This document shows, one piece after another, positions 37,066 to 46,868 of a stretch of DNA of 64,000 nt. This DNA is from Candidatus Levyibacteriota bacterium (lineage in GTDB: Bacteria; Patescibacteriota; Microgenomatia; Levybacterales; UBA12049): contig DAIDHL010000002.1 in NCBI GenBank assembly GCA_027459745.1, positions 9,113 through 73,112 on the forward strand, given 5' to 3'. The notes under the pieces are model-generated. The model was not told where the DNA came from. It did not search any database and saw only the letters and a list, made by a program, of their open reading frames with translations. Both the position numbers and the translations under genes were made by a program. How positions within the stretch are numbered: position 1 is the first letter of the stretch; the number at the start of each line of letters is the position of its first letter.

Positions 37066-37122
37066 GATTATTCATTAGTTGCTCGGCATAATACGTTCCA
37101 ACGTAGTCAATCAGCCCCCGCA
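37066..37122. repeat. Direct repeat copy 2
   Basis: See copy 1. Lies immediately upstream of the T4SS-like locus. Confidence 0.7.
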
Positions 37123-37190
37123 CAAAAAATTAGATTTCTTCCTGATTCTTAGCTTGACAGTGAATCAAAAATAAAGCAAACTAGAATTAT

Positions 37191-39431
37191 ATGTTCTCCT
37201 CTGTCCGGAAATTTTTTTTCCTAGTAATCTTGCTAGGACTACTTTTTTTAGCTCCAAAATTAGCTTTTGCTCAAACTGTAAATAATTCAACCTCTTATTC
37301 TAATCAATCTACACAATCCACTGCTATGGTACAACATGACAAAGTTCAACAGTTGATGATTGACGTCCTAAGTGCTTTTAGCTGCCAGTTAGCGGGATAT
37401 GATGCAGCTTTTCCTAATCAACCCTGCGTAACCACAAATACAAAAACTAACACATATGGAACAAGTAATGTTAAAAACTTTGGTTTAATAGGCCTAGAAG
37501 TGCAAGGAATGCTATTAACTTTCACCCCAGTTGCTCATACCGGAACATACATACAAGATATGACTAGTAACTTTGGCCTTGTTAAACACGCCGATGCAGC
37601 TACTGATCCTTGTGCAACTGGTGGGACTTTTGGACAAGGTGTAGGTTACTGTCAACTATACCCTCTCCTACAAATTTGGTCTGTGATGAGAAATCTGGCC
37701 TATCTGGGATTTGTTTTTGTTTTTATCTTAATTGGTTTTGCTATTATGCTTCGCTTGAAGCTAAATCCGAATACAGTTGTCAGCATACAGAATACTATTC
37801 CAAAAATTATAATTGCTTTGGTGTTAATTACCTTCTCTTACGCTATAGCTGGTTTTTTGGTAGATATGATGTATGTATCTATTGGTGTAGTTATTAAACT
37901 AGGAACTCAGGTTGATCCTTTAAGTACCAATAATGCTAATGTCACCATCCCATCTATAATGGGAGACTTGCAGGGAGATAATCCTATAAGCTACGCCAAC
38001 CAAATGATGGGACTTTATGGTACATCTAATACAGCAGCCCAAGCTTTAGGTAATGCAGCTGGCGATATAATAGCCTCTTTTGGAGATGCAGGAAGGATAA
38101 TGGCAGCATTAGTAGGAGGAATCGTGGGAGCTAAGGCAGGAGCAGCTGCAGGAGGATTTTTACAAATTGCAGGAAGTGTTATTGGAGGAGTAGCAGGAAC
38201 ATTTGTTGAGCCAGGAGGTGGATCCGCAGCAGGAGCTGCATTAGGAGGAGGATTAGCAACCGCGCTTGGAACTGCATTAGGATTTGTAGCTGGTGCAGTA
38301 GCTCCAGGTCAAACTATAGCGTTTATGGGTGAGATAATTGGTACCATAGTTCTCTTCATTGCTATATTTATCTCACTCGCTCAACTCTGGCTTGTGTTAC
38401 TTAAAGCATATATCACCATACTTATTGATGTGGTATTCGCACCATTTTGGATTTTGTTGGCCATTGTACCTAAATCAAAATTTACTTTTGGTTCCTGGGT
38501 AAAGGATATGCTGGCCAACCTAGCTGTCTTCCCTATGGTCATCGGCATTTTTGAAATTGGGAAAATCTTTATTGATGCATTTCGCCAACATTATGACTCA
38601 GGCAGATTATTTGCTCCTCCATTAGTAGGCTTAAATACAGGTGGAGAAGGAGCTACTGCACTACAAGCAGTCATAGGCTTAGGTTTTATTTTCCTTGCTC
38701 CTTCTGCTCTAGGCTTAGCCCGTTCCATCTTTGGGGCGCCAAAGTCAAGTCTAATTCAAAATTCTATTCAAGGCTTACAACTTGGAGCTAGCAGAGCAGG
38801 AGCACTATGGGGACAAACAGGTGGCCGCCTAGTAGGAGTAGATAAAAATGGCAATCCTAAACCTTTTACTTCTATACTAGCTGAGAGAAAACGCGAAGCC
38901 GCAGAAGTACGTAATGAGAGATATGCGCAACTACAACATCTTGCATCTAAGCCTGGTGAGAAACTTAGTCTAGGGCAGAAACTACAAATGGGTTACTATC
39001 AAAAGCGCCAGGGATTTGCTAGTAAATTTTCAGAGCCCTTTAAAACATCTCAGCGGATGCTTAAGTTTAATGATACAGTTTTATCTATCATTCACGACAT
39101 TGAACATGATCCAAAACTTGGCCGAGAAGCTTTAAATCGGGGAGATGCATTTGAGACACTTATAATTCCCAGAATCACTGCAAAATTACGTCATGAGACA
39201 AATAATTCACGCCTCGAGCTTGATGATCGAGCCATACTACAAGCGGCTAGAGTATCTATGACAGAAAAGGGTCAGCCTATGAGACAAGATCAAATTAATG
39301 TGCTAAAGAAGAGAATTGAAAGTAAAATTGAGGCAAGAGACCATAAGGGTGCCAATGTTGAAATTGACCTAACCCAGGCAGATAGTAATTTTACTCCACA
39401 GCCAGTCTCCCCAGGTCAGCCTAAGCCTTAA
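37191..39431 (+). CDS. VirB6/TrbL-like polytopic membrane protein with Gly/Ala-rich segment
   Basis: Signal peptide, at least 6 TM helices, G/A-rich linker (GAKAGAAAGG...GGGSAAGAALGGG), then a charged C-terminal domain. The context includes VirB4 and pilins. Confidence 0.45.
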   Translation: MFSSVRKFFFLVILLGLLFLAPKLAFAQTVNNSTSYSNQSTQSTAMVQHDKVQQLMIDVLSAFSCQLAGYDAAFPNQPCVTTNTKTNTYGTSNVKNFGLIGLEVQGMLLTFTPVAHTGTYIQDMTSNFGLVKHADAATDPCATGGTFGQGVGYCQLYPLLQIWSVMRNLAYLGFVFVFILIGFAIMLRLKLNPNTVVSIQNTIPKIIIALVLITFSYAIAGFLVDMMYVSIGVVIKLGTQVDPLSTNNANVTIPSIMGDLQGDNPISYANQMMGLYGTSNTAAQALGNAAGDIIASFGDAGRIMAALVGGIVGAKAGAAAGGFLQIAGSVIGGVAGTFVEPGGGSAAGAALGGGLATALGTALGFVAGAVAPGQTIAFMGEIIGTIVLFIAIFISLAQLWLVLLKAYITILIDVVFAPFWILLAIVPKSKFTFGSWVKDMLANLAVFPMVIGIFEIGKIFIDAFRQHYDSGRLFAPPLVGLNTGGEGATALQAVIGLGFIFLAPSALGLARSIFGAPKSSLIQNSIQGLQLGASRAGALWGQTGGRLVGVDKNGNPKPFTSILAERKREAAEVRNERYAQLQHLASKPGEKLSLGQKLQMGYYQKRQGFASKFSEPFKTSQRMLKFNDTVLSIIHDIEHDPKLGREALNRGDAFETLIIPRITAKLRHETNNSRLELDDRAILQAARVSMTEKGQPMRQDQINVLKKRIESKIEARDHKGANVEIDLTQADSNFTPQPVSPGQPKP

Positions 39432-39436
39432 TAAAC

Positions 39437-42430
39437 TCAAGCAGCCAGGTATCTTTGGGTAGACTTCACAATAGGATTAAACTCATTAATTACTTCTTTA
39501 GCCTTTCCTGGTCTTCTTAACTCTCTCATCAAATCTAGACTAAATAGATGCAATTCCGTGATACGTGCTTTGCGACGTAACCAACGTATATGTTCAGTAT
39601 TAAAGGCATTTCCTGAAGGTCTGTTGTTCTGCAAATTATCTGGATCTCTAAATTCCCCCTCTGGTATCGCTCGTAAAGCAGTAATTACAGAACGATAAAA
39701 TTTAGACCCATATCTATGATCAATTCCATATTTAATACGATGGTTAAAAACCTGCCCAGCCACAATATTGAGAAAGATACTCTTTACTAATTCCTTTCTT
39801 TCCTTCTGCACTTTTTTAACGTCGATTTCATGCTCACCAAACATATTATAGACAGGTACTTCCTTCATTTTTCCAGTCAACCTATCATATTTTTCTTCCA
39901 TTTTCCAAAAAGGTTTGACATCCAATACTTCTCGTCCAAACATTGCCACTGCTAAAGGAACCTCCACATAGTAGAAAAAAGTATCATATTCCACGTGCCC
40001 TTCTTCATTTTTTACTATATTTCCATCGGCATCACGCTTGGGATAGCTTATCTCTTGCTGCATCTTATACTTCTGGGTAAAATCAGTTTTACCCCACGTA
40101 CTGTACATATTGTAGATTTTCTTCAGAATGTCATTTTGTACCTGTTCACCAAATTCTTTTTCTTTCAAGGTGAACTGTTTATCTCTATCATCGAAATGAG
40201 TATAGTCATCCCATTTTATCTCTTTTCCAGAACTGACAATGTCAAACACAGCAGCGGCATTTTTCAAATGATCACGAATATACTGTGTTTGTTCATTACG
40301 ACCGAAACTAAGATTTTCTGTTTGTTTTTTATAGTCTCGCTGAGCTTTCTCCTCCATTTTTCTCTTATCCTCTTCAGTTAAATTTTTATTGTCCTTACTC
40401 TTTTTTAATTTCCTCGTTGTTACATCAGCCGCCTCACGCAGGTGAAAAAATTCTTCTGCGATACTCGTACCACCATCTGTCGAAGAGGCCCAGAAGAAAG
40501 GCGTTGCAGTTTCGTTGAAAACATTTAGTGTGGTAATTGCTCCGGAATAACGCATACGTCCTCGTAATTCTCGTAACCGATTGCGTAAGGTACGAAACAT
40601 TTTGGAGCCACTGAAATTTCTCGATTCCACATCTAACATAGCCACAATCCCGGTCGTATAGGCAAAATTTTCAGCCATTAAAAAAGCAAAGCTTAAGTTG
40701 TCAGAATCAACGATATTTTTCTTTTGACCATTTTCAACGACATCTACCGTCAAATCATATCTTTTAGCTACCATTTCATTGATAATGTTACGTACAGCGG
40801 TAAAGATAATGTTATTTTTCTGAGGCGTGTTATATAGATTTACTAGATCTATCATATAACGATCGGGATTTTTCTTTGCATTTTTCCATTGACCATCAGT
40901 CTTTTCTAAATTTGCCAAAACTTTTTGTGGATCCTGATGCCTGGAGTCTTTTCTGACTACATTTATCACTTCTTTTTCCAGTTCAGAAAAATTAAGCAGC
41001 CTGCATCCTTCAGGATAAAGTGCTTCAAGACTCTGCCTATCACCCAGTGACATAATTGTTTCTACCATCAACAAAAATGCATAACCCATCTTATTATCAG
41101 ATTTCCTACGCACGATTCCTGTCTCAGGATCTTTATCAACTGCTGTTGTATAATTTTGGGGAAGAGTAGCTAAAAACTGCATTAAGCTGGTATCCTCGTC
41201 ATAAAAAGGATCTGTCAAACGATTTTCTGCATAATGCTTAGCTAACAATTCTACATATTGAGCGGGATCTCCACCCCCATTTTGGCGTATATCTACACCG
41301 TAGGTACGTATCAAAGTAGCTGCAAATAACTCCTTGGCAATTGCATTTCCCAGGCGGAACAGGCGATCATCCTCCTTGCCATTAACTCTCTTTTTTCCAA
41401 ACAATTTACCTTGTTTGATAACAGTTTCCACATATAGATTAACCTGACGTGCCCCAACCTGGAAAGAAAGCTTGTCGGGGAAACTCACTTGCGCAGTATA
41501 TGGAGATTCACTTGCATAAAAGTTTATACGCTCACGTACAAAACGCATCACGTTCTCCTCATTCACAGTAACATCGACTTCTTTACTATTGCCCTTTTTT
41601 CTTCTCGGTCGTTTAGATCCATCTCTGGCTATTTCCCACGAATTGACAGTTACTAAAGGGAATGTACCTTCTATATTTTCGTCATTTAAACCTTTACCAT
41701 TAGACCCCTTAGTTCCATCCTTGGCTCCCCATTTATATACATCTACACCTGTAGATAAGTAGTAAAATAACTCCTCGGCACTATCAAATGATTGCATTTT
41801 TTCCTGAGCCTTTAATTGACCTTCTACAATATCTGACTCATTATGCTCTGCTAATGGTATAGTTCCCTGAGATTGATTTTGATCTTTTTGCTGTCTAGCC
41901 CTTCGTCGTTGGGTTAATTCATCCACAGGCTCTGAAGGAGTTGAGGTCTCATCTACTTCAGCTGCAGATCCACCTCGACTCGTTAACCGACGTAGCAAGC
42001 CTGCAAAAGCTGTCTTGGCTTTTTGCAACTTCTCAACATTCTTACGTCTTCCTGCCCGTTCTTCATCACTTAGTTTTTCCTCAACCTTGGCTAGTAGCGG
42101 TTCGATGTCTGAAATCTGTACTTTATCTCTGCTGAGTGCTTTGATACGAATTTTATCAGCCTTTTCTTGAAAATCAATTGGTACCAGATCGGAAAGATCA
42201 TCTACACCACCTATGCGAAAAAACTCGCTTAAATCAGAATAGCTGATATTTTCTTCTTCCCGCCGGCTACGACGTCTGCGTAAAGTATCAATATCTACTA
42301 CTTGTCCATTTTGATCATTATCATCCATAAGTTTTCTCTCATTTCCAGCATAACCTACTAGAGAAGAGGGTGTCAAACCGTTTATGATCTCACTTTGTTC
42401 TAAAATATACTTTTCTACCATACTAGCCAA
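39437..42430 (-). CDS. Large (997 aa) hydrophilic hypothetical protein
   Basis: No TM or recognisable catalytic motif. Highly charged. Confidence 0.5.
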   Translation of the reverse strand: MASMVEKYILEQSEIINGLTPSSLVGYAGNERKLMDDNDQNGQVVDIDTLRRRRSRREEENISYSDLSEFFRIGGVDDLSDLVPIDFQEKADKIRIKALSRDKVQISDIEPLLAKVEEKLSDEERAGRRKNVEKLQKAKTAFAGLLRRLTSRGGSAAEVDETSTPSEPVDELTQRRRARQQKDQNQSQGTIPLAEHNESDIVEGQLKAQEKMQSFDSAEELFYYLSTGVDVYKWGAKDGTKGSNGKGLNDENIEGTFPLVTVNSWEIARDGSKRPRRKKGNSKEVDVTVNEENVMRFVRERINFYASESPYTAQVSFPDKLSFQVGARQVNLYVETVIKQGKLFGKKRVNGKEDDRLFRLGNAIAKELFAATLIRTYGVDIRQNGGGDPAQYVELLAKHYAENRLTDPFYDEDTSLMQFLATLPQNYTTAVDKDPETGIVRRKSDNKMGYAFLLMVETIMSLGDRQSLEALYPEGCRLLNFSELEKEVINVVRKDSRHQDPQKVLANLEKTDGQWKNAKKNPDRYMIDLVNLYNTPQKNNIIFTAVRNIINEMVAKRYDLTVDVVENGQKKNIVDSDNLSFAFLMAENFAYTTGIVAMLDVESRNFSGSKMFRTLRNRLRELRGRMRYSGAITTLNVFNETATPFFWASSTDGGTSIAEEFFHLREAADVTTRKLKKSKDNKNLTEEDKRKMEEKAQRDYKKQTENLSFGRNEQTQYIRDHLKNAAAVFDIVSSGKEIKWDDYTHFDDRDKQFTLKEKEFGEQVQNDILKKIYNMYSTWGKTDFTQKYKMQQEISYPKRDADGNIVKNEEGHVEYDTFFYYVEVPLAVAMFGREVLDVKPFWKMEEKYDRLTGKMKEVPVYNMFGEHEIDVKKVQKERKELVKSIFLNIVAGQVFNHRIKYGIDHRYGSKFYRSVITALRAIPEGEFRDPDNLQNNRPSGNAFNTEHIRWLRRKARITELHLFSLDLMRELRRPGKAKEVINEFNPIVKSTQRYLAA

Positions 42431-42572
42431 ATTTTAGGTTTGAAAAATAAGTGAAACTTGATATTCAAGTAACAAGAAGTTATCAGTAGGCTAACAATTG
42501 TGTAAATTGCCCAATTAAAAAAGATGTTAATCTATAACAAGTTTGAAGTTTAGTTTTCTAATCTATATCTAT

Positions 42573-43913
42573 TCAAGGAGTAAACTTAAAGCCCCTACCT
42601 TTCATGGTCATAATGTGAGTAGGCTGACTGGGATTATCTTCAATTTTTTTACGCAACCTGAGTATTAATTGATCCAAAGCTTGCTCTGTAACTCCTGATA
42701 TAGATTTGTTTTCTCCCCATACCACCTCAATAATTTTTTCTCTATCCACAATTTGTTCGGGATTTAACAAGAAGTATTTAAGTAATCGCAATTCGGATGC
42801 CGTTAAATCATCAGATAGAATTAAACTCCCCTTATGAATTATATTCTTATCAATATCCAATTCTATTTGATCTTTGCTGGCAATTAAAATATTAGAATTT
42901 TTACTTAAAAACTCACTAAAAAGCGGTATGGTTAATTTATTTTCTCTAACTAAGCCTATTTTCTCCAAGTACCGTTCAATATTTTGATTTTCCTCATTTC
43001 TATTTTTACCCAGTATCCACATTTGTTCCGATGGGCTAAAAACATTCCACAGTTCTTTCAACCCCCCTCTTATAGATGTCTGCTCAAGTAAAAAACTTAG
43101 CATTTGGGATTCTTTAAATTGCTCTTCCTTCACTAAATATGCTTCTGCCGCTAAACGGGTCAGCTTGCCATGCCCACTAGTTAAGCCAATAATTTCTTGG
43201 CGTACTTTGGAGGGGATGGTTTTCCCGGTAGCTCGTTCGATATAATCTAGGCGGAATTGTAATCCTGAAATATCTTTTAGATTTAAATATACTAGATGAC
43301 CAGCCAGAAACTCGTGGAAGTCGGAAAAAGTAACTGGCTCTATAAGCTCTTCCAGCGATTTGTTTAAGGAAAAAACTACGGAGAAACGATATTTAGCTCT
43401 ATTACGTAAAATACGCAGATTGGCAAAAAAAGCTGAAGTTAAATTAGGAATATAATCTTCAAAACGATCGAATAGGAACACAATTGTCATCTCTTCATCA
43501 ATAGCTAGATAATCAATTGCATGTTTTAAACCCTGAAAGAGTACCATTTCATCATTAAATGACAAACTTTCTTTGAATAGATTATTCACTTCCTCATAAA
43601 CATCCTCCATTTTACGCTGACGCAAAGATTCAAGTAGACTGAGAAACAAAAGTTTGGTAACTGAGAAAAGATTTTTTCCACGTAATTCAGAAAAATCAAC
43701 TAATACAAAATTAAACCATTTTTGGTTATCACCTAAATGACGTAGACGAACAAAGCGATTATACACTAATAAATGCAAGACTGTGCTCCTGCCTGCGCCT
43801 GGCAAACCTATAAGCTGACAGGAATTACCTTCTTTAATAAAAGAAAGGATTTTCTTGATTTCTTCAAATCTAGTTTCTTCCGGATAAAGCGATTCGAAGT
43901 GGGCAAGTTCCAT
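42573..43913 (-). CDS. Putative regulator: degenerate P-loop NTPase domain plus C-terminal OmpR/PhoB-type winged helix
   Basis: N-terminal 'IGLPGAGRST' (Walker-A-like with Arg in place of Lys) and 'IVFLFDRFEDY' (Walker-B-like). C-terminal 'LTASELRLLKYFLLNPEQIVDREKIIEVVWG...LRLRKKI...TMKGRGFKF' matches the Trans_reg_C wHTH. Confidence 0.6.
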   Translation of the reverse strand: MELAHFESLYPEETRFEEIKKILSFIKEGNSCQLIGLPGAGRSTVLHLLVYNRFVRLRHLGDNQKWFNFVLVDFSELRGKNLFSVTKLLFLSLLESLRQRKMEDVYEEVNNLFKESLSFNDEMVLFQGLKHAIDYLAIDEEMTIVFLFDRFEDYIPNLTSAFFANLRILRNRAKYRFSVVFSLNKSLEELIEPVTFSDFHEFLAGHLVYLNLKDISGLQFRLDYIERATGKTIPSKVRQEIIGLTSGHGKLTRLAAEAYLVKEEQFKESQMLSFLLEQTSIRGGLKELWNVFSPSEQMWILGKNRNEENQNIERYLEKIGLVRENKLTIPLFSEFLSKNSNILIASKDQIELDIDKNIIHKGSLILSDDLTASELRLLKYFLLNPEQIVDREKIIEVVWGENKSISGVTEQALDQLILRLRKKIEDNPSQPTHIMTMKGRGFKFTP

Positions 43914-44003
43914 ACTAAGATAAGTATATATGATCTCATAATTGGAAGCTAGTAGTTACATATGGACTTGCAATATTAAAAGCGTTTAGTCTACGATGAA
44001 TAT

Positions 44004-46478
44004 ATGAGAAAGTCCCTTTTAAATATTCCTTCTATACTTATTTTCTTTAGCTTGTTAGTTTTAATTCTTATATTGCAAATTCTGCCTATAAAAACCGCGC
44101 AGGCTGCAAGCGGCTCTTATGACTATATACCTGCAGGATGCCCTCAAGATCAATGGCATTATGATTCAAGTAAGAAAACCTGGACTAACGACAAAAGTAA
44201 TAATACAAATATGCCTGATACTTGTTATAGCTATGGATTACAGACACCAGATGAAGGCGGACAGATATGGCCACAAGATGGGAGCAAGCTACCAGATAAT
44301 ACAAGCCTGAATAGAGTAAATGGCACAGTCAATGCTAATGACAGGTATGTGAAAATTATAATTCACGGAAATTTTGTTTTAGGAGATCCCAAAAATGGTC
44401 AGTACGAAAGCTCTCTGAACGGTGCTTTCCATAACTTAAATAATGATTATTACTATTCCTTTGCTGTTGAAGATTCTAATGGAGGCATCCAACAAAATAT
44501 AATCTCCTTATTAAAATTCTGTGCTCCTAACTCTAACTCGGAAACTCTGGTAGATCTCTGTCTATATCACAATCATGGCGTTTCATATAGTGAAGATGGT
44601 ACCTATCCAGCTGATAATTCCTTTGGACAGCCAATATCAATTGACAAACAAATCCCAGATATCGGTACTGTAGTAAATCTAGTATCAAGTGCAGGCTATA
44701 AAACTAATGAACTTGTCTTTTACATACCAATTAAGAGCTCTAATTCCGATCTTACACTGAAAACTGTTCAATTTGCTGTTTGGCAAGGTAGTGACCCCTT
44801 AAAAAATATAGATGTATGGTGGAATAATATAATTGCACAAGGAAGTTTTGTAGTTGGAGCACAAGGTAGCGCAAGATTAGGTAGCCCAGGTATAGTTATA
44901 CAACCACGCGGAGGTGCGGCAACAGGTACTGAATATACTTATCAAACAGGTCAACCTATTACAGTTAATTTAACCAATGTAGATAATTCAGTAGGGTACA
45001 CACTTGGACTATACGATATTAGTGATCCCAATAATACTCAACATCTAGAAGACTTATGGAGTAATCAAAAATTAGACCAGAATATTAATATATCTAATAA
45101 TGATAGTACTCTTAGTAGTGGCGGTAAGAGCACGTATAACTCAACTAATCATACTGAAACATTTACTCTTACAGCAAATAACAATTTTACCCAAAACCCT
45201 GTAATGTTATGTCTCTTTCAACCAATAAATGGGAGTAGTGATGTGGGTTGTACTACCACTACAAATTTTAATAGTGCTAACGGCACATCTGGTGAAGGTT
45301 TTGCAACAAGCCATGGTTTTATTGTAACTACATTATCGCCCGATAAGGTCCAGTCTCCCACCCGAGCTGCCGGTGCGTCCGGAGATGTAAAATGGACTCC
45401 CCTGACTACTGCTGTTGGTATGTTCTTACCTTGCAACAATGACCCCAGTCTTTCTGCCGCAAATGCTCCTTCTGTTAAAAACCTCGGCACTAAAGGCGTT
45501 GACTCAAATCAATTTCTCTTTTCCGATGCCTGGAGTAATTTCCTTGCGGCAGCAAATTTCTTCTTTACCGGCCAATCGACCACACCACCTAACACAAATA
45601 GTAATCAACAGCTAGCTTATAACTCAACATCTTCACCTGAGTTTGCTTTGCAACCAGGCTCGGGAGTCAGTGGAAATGGAGGATTACAAGTCTATCCTAA
45701 TTCAGTTAAATATATGCAAGATTCATTGACTTTATATTTCACGACACCAACAAATGGAGTCAACGGAACATATAATATAAAAATAGAAAGAAATTCCGAT
45801 GCTGCATCAGTAGTAGACACCACAGTTAAGGCTTGTTCTAATCTAAAAGTTGGAGATACCTGCAGTATCCAAATACCAGTTAGTGATTTCCACAACATTG
45901 TAATTCCATACAATCAAAATGTTCCTTTTATAGTCAACATATTAGATAGTCAAATTGGTTTTGCTCAGTCTTTTCCAATTACAATGACCGGATATATTGC
46001 TTGTAATTACCCAGCAAGTACTTCTGACACACAAAATTTAAAATGTTATAACGGACAAACATGTGTAGATAATGTCTCCGGAAGTAGTCAAGGACATACC
46101 ACCGCAACATCAAGTTGTTCAAGCCCTGCTGCACCTAAATCCCCAGTAGGGACAAATCCTACAATCACTCCCACTATTGGTCCATTAGCTCCTTGTGTTG
46201 CTGTAGATACAGCTATGGGGAATATCAACACAGACCCAGTTGGGTTTATTCAGAGTTTATTTGGTATTTTGCTTAGCTTGAGTGGTGGAATAGCACTGTT
46301 GATTATCATCTACAATGGTTATCGTCTCATGATTTCCCGCGGCAACCCAGACGCCATCAAAAAAGCGCGTGAAGGTATTACCTCTGGTATCATAGGTATT
46401 ATCTTTGCTATCCTATCTATAGCCATATTACAAACCATTGGAGTCGATATTTTACATTTACCAGGATTTGGAAACTAA
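44004..46478 (+). CDS. Large secreted surface protein fused to a C-terminal VirB2/TrbC-like pilin module
   Basis: Signal peptide. About 720 aa S/T/N-rich extracellular region with Cys pairs. C-terminal '...LSLSGGIALLIIIYNGYRLMISRGNPDAIKKAREGITSGIIGIIFAILSIAIL' matches the two-helix pilin module of the three small pilin-like genes. Confidence 0.6.
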   Translation: MRKSLLNIPSILIFFSLLVLILILQILPIKTAQAASGSYDYIPAGCPQDQWHYDSSKKTWTNDKSNNTNMPDTCYSYGLQTPDEGGQIWPQDGSKLPDNTSLNRVNGTVNANDRYVKIIIHGNFVLGDPKNGQYESSLNGAFHNLNNDYYYSFAVEDSNGGIQQNIISLLKFCAPNSNSETLVDLCLYHNHGVSYSEDGTYPADNSFGQPISIDKQIPDIGTVVNLVSSAGYKTNELVFYIPIKSSNSDLTLKTVQFAVWQGSDPLKNIDVWWNNIIAQGSFVVGAQGSARLGSPGIVIQPRGGAATGTEYTYQTGQPITVNLTNVDNSVGYTLGLYDISDPNNTQHLEDLWSNQKLDQNINISNNDSTLSSGGKSTYNSTNHTETFTLTANNNFTQNPVMLCLFQPINGSSDVGCTTTTNFNSANGTSGEGFATSHGFIVTTLSPDKVQSPTRAAGASGDVKWTPLTTAVGMFLPCNNDPSLSAANAPSVKNLGTKGVDSNQFLFSDAWSNFLAAANFFFTGQSTTPPNTNSNQQLAYNSTSSPEFALQPGSGVSGNGGLQVYPNSVKYMQDSLTLYFTTPTNGVNGTYNIKIERNSDAASVVDTTVKACSNLKVGDTCSIQIPVSDFHNIVIPYNQNVPFIVNILDSQIGFAQSFPITMTGYIACNYPASTSDTQNLKCYNGQTCVDNVSGSSQGHTTATSSCSSPAAPKSPVGTNPTITPTIGPLAPCVAVDTAMGNINTDPVGFIQSLFGILLSLSGGIALLIIIYNGYRLMISRGNPDAIKKAREGITSGIIGIIFAILSIAILQTIGVDILHLPGFGN

Positions 46479-46481
46479 CAT

Positions 46482-46847
46482 ATGTTAAAAGATACCTTGC
46501 TAGCCCTTACTATTCCCGGCCCCAATAGCGGCACTACTAATATTACCCTACCCAATGCTGTAAGTTGCGGCAGCAATGGCTGTTTTAACACCATCATGCA
46601 AGGTATTGTTCAATGGCTGTTTGTCTTTGCAATTATACTTTGCCTAGCTTATTTAATCTGGGGAGGTATAGATTGGACCATGTCCTATGGGGATAAAACT
46701 AAAATACAGAAAGCTCGATTAAAACTTGTGTATGCCATCATAGGTTTATTTATTGTTTTCTTGTCATTCTTCATTATCAACCTAAGTGGTAAATTATTGG
46801 GGCTACCTCTCACCAATGTCAGCACACAAATAAATACTGCCCCATAA
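46482..46847 (+). CDS. VirB2/TrbC-like T4SS pilin-module protein
   Basis: Hydrophobic helix - 'LIWGGIDWTMSYGDKTKIQKARLKLVYAIIGLFIVFLSF' - second helix. Start is 4 nt after the preceding stop. Confidence 0.55.
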   Translation: MLKDTLLALTIPGPNSGTTNITLPNAVSCGSNGCFNTIMQGIVQWLFVFAIILCLAYLIWGGIDWTMSYGDKTKIQKARLKLVYAIIGLFIVFLSFFIINLSGKLLGLPLTNVSTQINTAP

Positions 46848-46868
46848 TTTCCTATATAATATGCCTGT

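Noticed and set aside
38100-38330. Short tandem GGAGCAGCTGCAGGAGGA-type repeats
   Set aside because: They encode the Gly/Ala-rich linker of the VirB6/TrbL-like protein. This is low-complexity coding sequence, not a CRISPR array or non-coding tandem repeat. No CRISPR-like repeat-spacer structure was seen anywhere in the window.
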